DNA from: Gracilinanus agilis
Lineage: Eukaryota
Assembly (NCBI RefSeq): GCF_016433145.1
Contig: NC_058131.1
Location: 352,830,706-352,894,705, forward strand
Direction: 5' to 3'
DNA: 64,000 nucleotides
Shown here one piece after another: positions 35,401 to 45,200 of the stretch; positions within the stretch are counted from its first letter, which is position 1, and every line of letters begins with the position of its first letter. The notes under the pieces were generated by a model that saw only the letters and a program-made list of their open reading frames with translations, did not search any database and had not been told where the DNA came from. A program made the position numbers and the translations under genes.

Positions 35401-36216
35401 ATTGATGCTAAGTTTTGCCAAGACAGAAGAGAGGTAAAGACTATGAAATTGGGGTTAAATGACTTGCCCAGGATCACACAGCTCAGAAGTATCTGAAATC
35501 AAACTTGAACCTAAGTTCTCCCAACTCCAGGCTTGGTGCTCTCTCCACTGAGCTACCTAGCCTCCCCAAGTTCTTCACTTTTTCTGTGCCTTGGTGAAAC
35601 CTATGGATCTCTTAGAATAATGTTTTTAAATAAAGGAAATGCCAAATTTCGTTTAGAGGTTAATGAAAATGAAGTTGCAATTTTTTTTCCTCATCCAATT
35701 TTATTGACCTCTGGAGATCTATTCATAGACTTTGTGGGGGTCCATAAACCCGAGATTAAGAACCCCTGGACAAGATGATCCCAGAGCTGGTCACCATTAC
35801 AGGAACCTAGCTCTTCCCCAAGAGTCCTAGGGCTCCCTTGGTCTCTTGGGAGTCTGTGGGCTCCCAGGTTTGAGAATCTCTGTACTAGAGGATCTCTGAG
35901 TGCCTTCTGGCTTTGAATCCTGTGCTCCTATCCTCCCCCTCATCCCCACCCTTCCCACTGCTTCTCTTTGTTCTTTCCTTCCTCCCCTCAGATCTTCAAC
36001 CTGATGAAGTTTGACAGCTATGCCCGCTTCGTCAAGTCCCCCATGTACCGGGAGTGTCTCCTGGCAGAAGCAGAAGGGAGGCCCCTTTGTGAGCCAGGCA
36101 CCTCAGACCCTGGCAGCCCCAATACCACATCCCGGAAGGTGCCTGTATGGGGAGGGAAGGTCTGGGTGATGGGAATGAATTCCCATTGCCATCCAAGTAT
36201 GCCCAAAATCTGAGCC

Positions 36217-36277
<61 letters not shown>

Positions 36278-39200
36278 CGCCCCTCTCTCTTTCTTTCTCT
36301 CTCCAGGTAACTTATTTCCTTCCCTAAGGCACTAAAGTGCCCCAATCTGCCAACCTCAGCCCAGAGTATTAGGGTGGGCCAGCCAGAAAAATGAGGGCTG
36401 GACCCTGCCTAGTCCCCCTAACCCTTTGGGCAGGAGTTGGGGAGTCGGGAATGGGTCAGAGGGGAAAGGGTCCTGAATTCTGGGGCTCTCTTGGCTCTCC
36501 CTCAGAAGCCTAAGCTGAAGCCTGGGAAGTCGCTGCCATTGGGAGTGGAGGAACTGGGCCAACTGCCAAACACTGAGGCTCTAGGAGGCCGGGGACCCAG
36601 AAAGTCCTTCCGAAGGGGTGAGCAAAGGAATACCTGGGTGGGTGGGACAGTGGAGGGTGGGGACAGGAAGGTGGTGATGTAGTTTTAAAGGTCTCTTCTA
36701 GCTCCAACATTATTTTCTTGTGCTAGACTTGGAGTCAGGAAGACGTAAAGGTTCAAATTCATCCTCAGGCATTTCCTAGCTCTGTGACCCTGATCCAGTC
36801 ACTTAATCTCTGTTGCTTCAGTTTCCTCATCTGCAAAATGGGGATAATAATAGCACCTAACTCCCAGGGTTGTTGTGAGGATCAAATGAGCTAATATTTG
36901 CACACAGTGCTTTGGAACCTTCGGGTACTTTAGAAATGCTAGCTACTGCGACTTCTACTTCCTCCACAGACAGATCTTTGCCTTGCTGTGATGGTTCTGG
37001 GAACTGCTATTATCCATCTGTGATCCTAGCCAAAGTGGTCCTCAGAGGACAAACATAGGCCTCTTCCCAGCTGGCTCTCAAAGCAGTGTAGGACCTGCCA
37101 GAACCCTGGACCATCTTTACCCTCTGCTGAGTCATCATAGGGCTATAGTACAGGCTGTTAGCTAGATTCCACACCCAGTGCTCACAGGGATCTGTGAGCC
37201 TATCCACTGGAGACAATTCCCTCCAAAGATACAGATAGCAGTCCCTCCACTCTTGTCCATCCTGACGTACTCTTGTCCCAGTTCTCCCACAAGTTCAGTT
37301 TAGAGTGACCACCCAATAGTCTGGAGAAATCAAGGAAGGTCTCCAGCTGGCTAGAATCCAGGTGTTAAATAGCCTCTCAGAACCTTTTCCCCTCTCAGTA
37401 CTAACAGACCTCCTGTTGGCTCTTACATTCTTTCAAAGTCACTTCCGTAGGATTTCAAGGTTTGGTTCTAAGACATGGAGATGTTTCTGTGTATATGGGT
37501 GCGTGTGTGTAGGAATGTGGCTATGTATGCTCGTGTGTGTATATATGTGTGTGTGTTGAATAATCCTGATCTGTCTCTGCATCTTGACCTTTCTGTCTGA
37601 GCAGAACTGGAAAGGCAGCTATAGGGGGTTGTTCCTTGTGAGGGAGTAGCTTGGGAAGGGGGTCTTGGGGGCGAGTGAGGTGAGAGTACCACATCTTTCT
37701 TCCCTTCAGAGCTAGGTGCCACCAATGGGAACCCAGCCCTTCGCCGAGAGTCCCAGGGCTCCCTCAACTCTTCTGCCAGCCTTGACCTCGGTTTCCTTGC
37801 ATTTGTCAGTAGCAAATCGGAGGTGAGGGTCTCTCTCTTCTTCCCACTCCCCTCCACTGCCTAGGGCCTGCAGCTTTCACCTCCAAATTCCCTGCCCTGG
37901 CCCTAGTCACTCATAAGCCCCATCCCTTTCCCCAATGATTTCTCCTCTCCCTTCCCCTAAGGCAGTGATGGGCAACCTTTAGAGTTTGGTGTGTCAATTC
38001 ACCAAAAAACCGAGCATAACTCGGGTGGTGAGTCACTTAGAGAAAAAACCCATAATTTTGTGATATTTATAGTTTAAATAACAAAAATGTATAATTGTAA
38101 CATATAAGTGTATTTAATAAACAAAAATAGGTAAATTAACATAGATAGAATTGTCATCTATAGTGCACAGAGTATCTACACTACACTACAGCAAATGTTT
38201 CATCCTCGGCACGCGGCCCCATACTTCTCTGTATGCAGCTGTGTGTCATAGGTTTGCCATCACCGCCTTAGGTAAACAGATCTTCTCCTCACTCTATGGC
38301 ATATTCCCATCCTCTTTCCCCACACTCACAGTGTATCTATGTACATGTCCATGTGCATGGGTATGCATTCATCATCTACTCAGACTCAGAGTCACCGAAA
38401 GAGCCTGGGGGGCACCGAGGGTGAAGGTGAGAACCGGGTTGGACGTTACTGCTGCGTGTATCTGCCAGATGGCACGGCATCCTTGGCACTGGTCCGCCCT
38501 GGCTTAACCATCCGCTCTATGCTGGCTAGCATCTGTGAGAAGCGAGGCCTGTCCCTGCCTGATATCAAGGTTTACCTGGTGGGCAACGAACAGGTAAGAG
38601 CTGAGCCTTAAATATCAACCGAACATTTACCCCCAAACCCAATCCTAACACTAAGCCTGACTTTTCCCCTAAGCCCCTATCCTTGCCCCGGATCCTATCT
38701 GTGGGAGAGATCAAAGAGCCCTAGCCTGAAAGTCAGCCTACTCAGAGTCCCAGATCAGCCACTTTCTTACTGTGTGGGACTCTGGGCACATTCCTTTTTC
38801 TCCCTGGGCCTCCGTTTCCTCATTTATAAAACGGAAAACTGGGCAAAATGATAAGGGGGTCTTCCAGCTCCACCATTCTATGAGCATAGGAGTCAATAAT
38901 TGGCAGAGTTGGGATTCAGGCTGAGTCCCCCTATTTCTAAGAGCACACCACTGTGCTCTGCCTTCTAGGAGTTTATAATCTATCCTAGGTCACCAGCAGG
39001 GCAATGACAGAATTAATAGCTGACTGTACCAAGCCAATTAGGCTGAGTGCCACGTGGGTGGTGGGAAGATGAGTGGGGGCACCAGGTGATCGAAGGGCCA
39101 AAGGAGGGACCATGGGTAAGGAGGAGAAGGGCTTGTGGAGGATCCCCAAGACTTCAGTGGAAATAAGGCTAACCTTTGTTCTTGTCTCTCGCTCCATTCC

Positions 39201-40151
39201 AACCCTTGTTCCTAATATTAATCACTCACAACTCATCTCGGGGCTCAGAGCCCCTAGACTGCCACTCCTGGAAGGTGTCAGAAGGCACACAAGATCAGAC
39301 CCTGACATCAGCATTTTATGTTTTCCTAAACCCTTTGGCCTTTAGCGGTTATGCCTGTAATTGGGGGGGGGGTGTTTGGGGGGGGTTGGGGGATGGAGGA
39401 GGGCTCTTCTTTGGGTTCCCCAGGGCCTAGGTAGGAGGCCTTCAGTGCCATTACTGAACCCCTGGGTCTGCATCCACAGAAGGCCTTGGTCCTGGATCAG
39501 GACTGCACAGTGTTGGCTGACCAGGAGGTGAAGCTGGAGAACAGGATCAGCTTTGAGTGAGTGCTTTTCCCTTTTTCCATGCAGGTGATGCCCAAGAACT
39601 TCTATCTCTTTCCTTTGTCCTCCCAGACAAGACCCACTCTGGAGATAATAGATCTTTGGGGTTTGAGGGGGCAGGGGGAAGGCGAGGTTTATATATGTGG
39701 ATGGGGGTGGGAGGAGAAAGAGAGGAGAGAGGGAGAGGAAGAGATGGAGAGACAGAGAGACTGAGGGAGGTAGGAAGAAGCAGAGAGACAATAGAAAGAG
39801 ACAGAGAGACCCTTTCCCATCCTTCCAAAGACAGAATTCAAGGCCTGGCTCTGCTCCTGACTTGCTGCATGACCTGGAACAAGTCACCTACCCTTCCTGG
39901 GTCTGTTTCCTCCTTTGTCAAAGGAGGACTTGGGGAGAGAAGGCCTCTGAGGTCCCTCCTTTCCGGCTGTGACATTCTGTGCTCTAGGCTGGAGATCACT
40001 GCTCTGGGCAAAGTGGTGAGGATCACAAGCAAATCATCCAAGCGCCTGAGAGAAGCCCTGCTACCTATCCTGGGCAAGCACGGCCTGAGCCTGCAGCAGA
40101 TATCAGTACATCTGGTGAGGCCATTCCCCACCCTGAACAGTCCACACTTTG

Positions 40152-40206
<55 letters not shown>

Positions 40207-40705
40207 GTGTTTGCATTGGCTCAGCCCTCACCCGAAGCATTGCACCTGCCCTTCCCATCTGCCCTCGAAGCAGGGAGGGATGAGTAAGGACCGACCAGGG
40301 CTTCAGGGTGGGGGGCAGGTGTGCTAGGGGCAGGGACAGCCTGAGACAGAGGAGGTAGGTGGGATACTATGGAAGGAAATCTGGAAAGAAGAGTAAGGAG
40401 GTTCCATTCAATTAAATAAGCATTTAGTTATTTAGTGCCTTCTCTGTGCCTGGCACTAGGAATAAAGAGACAAAAAAATCCCCAACAGTCCTTGCCCTTA
40501 AGGACCCTATATTATTATAAAGGGAGTGGGGCATGCACCTTGGTGCTGAGTTTCATGAGGACCAAAGGTACATAAAGTGAATGCAAAGCAGACAGGCAGT
40601 GTGATATCCCCATATGACCTGAATACAAGCCCCAGCTCTGACAAATTGGCTGTGTAACCCTAGACAAATCGCTTAAACTCTCAGGAAACTTTTAGACTCT
40701 AAATG

Positions 40706-40759
<54 letters not shown>

Positions 40760-42179
40760 CAGTTTCAGATCTGTACTGGCAGAGGGAATTCCCTCTAGAG
40801 ATCAGGGCAGGGAGGGGGGAACGAGCATTTATTAAGCACCCACTATGTGCCAGGCACTGTGCTAAGCGCTTTATAAACATTATCTCATTTGATCCTCACA
40901 ACAACCCCTGTATGGTTGGTGATTAAATCACAGGTCTGGATCCAATAAAGCAATTGCTGGCAAGGGGTGGGGTGGGGAGAATACTAGCACCCATGGGGAT
41001 TCAAATAGACCCCCTGTAGGAGGTGGCACTTGAGCTGAGCCCCAAAGGGAGCTGTGATCTCTCCCAACCCCCTGACCCTGTGCCCCTCCAGTCAGGTGAG
41101 AAGCGGACCCTAGATCTGGAGAAGCTTGTGAGCTCTGTATCCGCCCAGAGACTCGTCTTGGACACTCTTCCAGGTACAGGGGCCCACAGGCTCTGCGCCA
41201 CCAAGGTTCTGCTACTTAGATAATCTGTCCAAGCCCTGTGCTGGTTACAGAGGGAATATCGAAGAAATGGGAGACACCAGAAGGGCATTAATAGAACTCA
41301 GTTGAAATCTATTCTATTCAACAACAATAAAAAAAATCACATTATGAAAACATCATTCAAGGCCTTGTTACAGTGCCAGTCATATAGAGTCAGTGCCAAG
41401 TAAGGAATACTGAAGGGAAAATAATGTCTTCACCAGGAGAGGCAGATTGGAATAATGGGAAGAACTCTAGACTTGGAGTTAGGTTTAAGCTTTGGCTTTG
41501 ACATTTAATCACTATATAATGAATGGTCAACAAACCACACTTCATCTTACATCTTACTCTGCCCATTTCCTTATCTGTAAAATGAGAAGCTTGGACTAGA
41601 TAACCATTAAGTTCTATCTAACACTAAACTTTGATATCCCTGTGAACTAAAGTAGTTAAGGAAGGTCACATGGAAGAGGAAGGCTTTGAAGCATGGGAAG
41701 AAGATGTTGAGGTTGGGGAGAAAGGGCATGCTAAGCAAAGGGGAAAGACTGCAAGGGTAGGAGGGCTTTGAATGCCAGGTTATAAAACTGGACTTTATAG
41801 AAAATAATAGAAAAAATTAATCCTTACCTTCCCATCTTAGAATCAATTCTGTGTATTGGTTCTAAGGCAGAAGAGCAATAAGGGCTAGGCAATGAGGGTT
41901 AAGTGACTTGCCCAGGGTCACACAACTGGGAAGGATCTGAGGTCAGATTTGAACCCAGGACCTCCTGTCTCCAGGCCTGACTCTCAATCCACTGAGCCAC
42001 CCAGCCACCCCAAAAATAGGTGTCAAAGGATCTTAGAACCAGCATGCATCTAAGTCTAACTTTTACCTGATCAGGAATCTTCTCTGCAACATTCTAAAGA
42101 AATCTATCCATGCTTGGCTTAAAGACCTTCAGCCATGGTGAACTCATATTCTTCTGGCTTTTCTGATAGAAAAGAACTC

Positions 42180-42224
<45 letters not shown>

Positions 42225-45200
42225 AGTAGTAGTACTTCATCCAATTTTTCAGTTATGTCTTGGCAAAAGATACTGGCTTGCCATTTCCTTCTCCAGCTCA
42301 TATTATAGATGAAGAAACTGAGGCAACTGGGGTTAACTGACTTGCCCAGGGTCACACAGCTAGGAAGTGTCTGAGGCCAGATTTGAACTCAAGAAGATGA
42401 GTCTTCCTGACTCCAGGTCTGGCACTTTATCCACTGTACTTACTACCTAGCTGCCCTAGCTACTCTACATCTAGTTATGAGAAAGTTATCCCTTTTATTC
42501 AGTTAAAATCTGTCTCTCCAACTTCTTCCCGTTGCTTCTTTTCCAATGAAAGCAACTCTTAAGACCCCTTTCCCCATGACATCTCCTCAAACACTTAAAG
42601 ATAGTGACGGTGTCACCACTAGGTCTTCTATTCTTGAGGCTCAGCAGCCTCCATCCTTTCATCTGATCCTCCTACAGCAGGATCTCGAGGTCTCTCGTTC
42701 ACCTAAGAGTCATCATGATAGAGGCAGTGGTGGCAGTCATGATGCAGAGCCCGTTCACAGAGGAGAATGAGAAGGCCATTGGGCCAGCAGGACTGAGCTC
42801 TGGAGAATGCCCACAGCTAGAAGCCAGTAAGGAATTTCAGTATCATGGAAGTCAAAGGAATTGAGTTTCTAGCAGGTCGGATTGGTCCATACTGTCAGCT
42901 TCTTTCCACAAGGAAATAAAAGATTGAGAAAAGGTTAATGAGTTTGGCAAGACTTCAAAAAGAGGCTTCAGTGGAGCTGTGGGAATGGAGGCCAGTTTAG
43001 AAATGCTTAAGGAGGGAGCAGGTCAGTCAGGCATCAGTTTGTCAATAAATATTAAGCACCTACTGTGTGCCAGGCACTGTGATAAAGAGCCAGTGGAAGT
43101 CGTGGTTGTAGACTTTCCCATTTGAGACATTTCACAATGAAAAGAAGAAGGGGGGGGGCAGAGATGGTAGCTATAGAAGAGGTGAGCAGGGTCAAAGGGA
43201 GATTTTTGTAGACTGAGGGAATGAACATAGTGGAAGAGATGGAAGAGATAGGAGAAGAAAAGAAGGGGTAAGGGGGAGAGTGAGGCCTCGGAAGATAAGA
43301 GGAGATTAACCTTGGAGAGGAGATAGAGGACATCTTTTCCTTTAAGAATGGAGGGAAGGATGAAAAGAAGGATAGAGAGAATCATATGGAGGTAAAGAAG
43401 CAGAGGTGAGGGAATGAATGTAAGCTAGAAATGTTCCCCATCCCAAACACACATGCACACATGCACACTCCACCCCATGTTCTAATAGCACCAATTTCCC
43501 TACACCTTTACAATTTCCCAAGCACTTTTCTCACAATAGCCCCATCAGGTCTTGTTCAAAGTTATCTTTAACCTCATTTTACCCAGATGGAAGCTGATTA
43601 AGAGATTAAGTAAATCATTCAGTGTCAGACAGTTAGTAAATATAAGAATCAAAATTCAGGCCCATTCTTCAAGACTCCAAGCTCTTTCTTTTGTTTGTAT
43701 TTTTTAAAATTAAATTATTTGTATTTTTGTATTGTATTTGCATATCTTTTGTTTTTAACATTGCATAAACGTTTCCCAGTACCCTCCACTTCCCTTCTAG
43801 TGAGCCAACTCATGTCAGAAAGAATATATAATTTTTATTTTTATTTTATTTTTCCTTGATTATACATAAAGAGTTTCCAACATTTTCAAAAGAATTTTGA
43901 GTCTCGAATTCTTTGCCTCCTTCCCTCTACCCCCTAAGTACATAGATTTTATATGTGCAGTCATATAAAACGTTTTTCCATATTCATCCTTTCGTGAAAG
44001 GAAACGGGCAAAAAAAAATAAGAAAGAAAATGAAAAAAGTTTGCTTTGGTCTGGATTCAGACTCCATCATTTCCTTCTTTGGAAGCAGGTGGTATTGTTA
44101 ACAAAATTTTTATTTTATTTTTTGCATGATTACACAATTCATATTGTCTCCCTCCTTTCTTCCCTCCCCCAACCCGGAGCTGACAAGCAATTTCACTGAG
44201 TTATACATGTATTATCAATAACTCAAAACCTATTTCCATATTATTCATTTTTGTAATAATTGTTTAAAACCAAAACCCCAAATCACATACCCATATAAAC
44301 AAGTGATAAATATGTTTTTCATCTGGATTTCTACTCCCACAGTTCTTTCCCTTGATGCGCATAAGTCTCATAATTGTCCCAGATCATCACATTGCTTTTA
44401 GTAGCAAAGTCAATTACATTTGATTGTCCCACAATGTTTCAGTTATTGTATATAATGTTCTCCTGGTTCTACTTATCAGAAAGAATATTTTTTAAAGAAA
44501 AAGAAGGGGAAAAAACAGAAAAACCAATCATGCATTTAAAAAATCTGAAAATATGTGTAATGCTCCCAGATCTCCCATCTCCAGAAAGAAGTGGGGATAG
44601 AATATCTTCTCCCAGCTCCTCCTTGGGGCCATCCTTTTCTTTGTAATTTTGCAGCCCTCATTAAAAAAATTTTTTTGAGGTGTAGTTGTTCTTTCCATTT
44701 ATATTGTTGGAGTTACTGTGTATCTTGTTTTGTGGGCTCTGCTTACCTCTCTCTGCATCAGTTTATGTCCATCTGTTCAAGCTTCTCTGTATTCATTGCA
44801 TTCATCATTTCTTACAGCATAGACCTATCCCATTACTTCCATCCACCCTACCTCATTTAGCCATTCCCTGATTGATGTGCATCTGCCTCATTTCTAGTTC
44901 TTTGCCATCACAAAACATGCTGCTAGAAATATTTTGGTGTACTCTGTTCAGGGACTTTTTCTCCATGTCCTTGTGATTCCGAGCTCTTTCTCTGGTGTCA
45001 GGTTGACTCTTATAGCAGCCCTTACCTCTGTGGCCTTTCTCTGGCACTCAGGGACAACTCTACTCACTTGGTCCATAATCAGGTGTGGCCTCCCATCTCC
45101 TCTACTGCTGTCTTCAACTGTTACCTATTAAATCTTTTATCATTGTTTAACTGGTAGCTGTTAAACCTTGTATTGTTGTTTAGCATTTTAGTATTTGATA

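Noticed and set aside
39557-40327. Longest ORF in the track (256 aa)
   Set aside because: It starts at the GTG of the intron 10 donor and is purine-rich intron, RGS14 exon 11 and (CA)n. Intron 10 is 431 nt (not 3n), so retention would not use this frame.
42119-42355. Poly-Gln ORF; also poly-Glu (23194-23523) and ER, HT or CV dipeptide ORFs elsewhere
   Set aside because: Translations of microsatellites and SINE tails.
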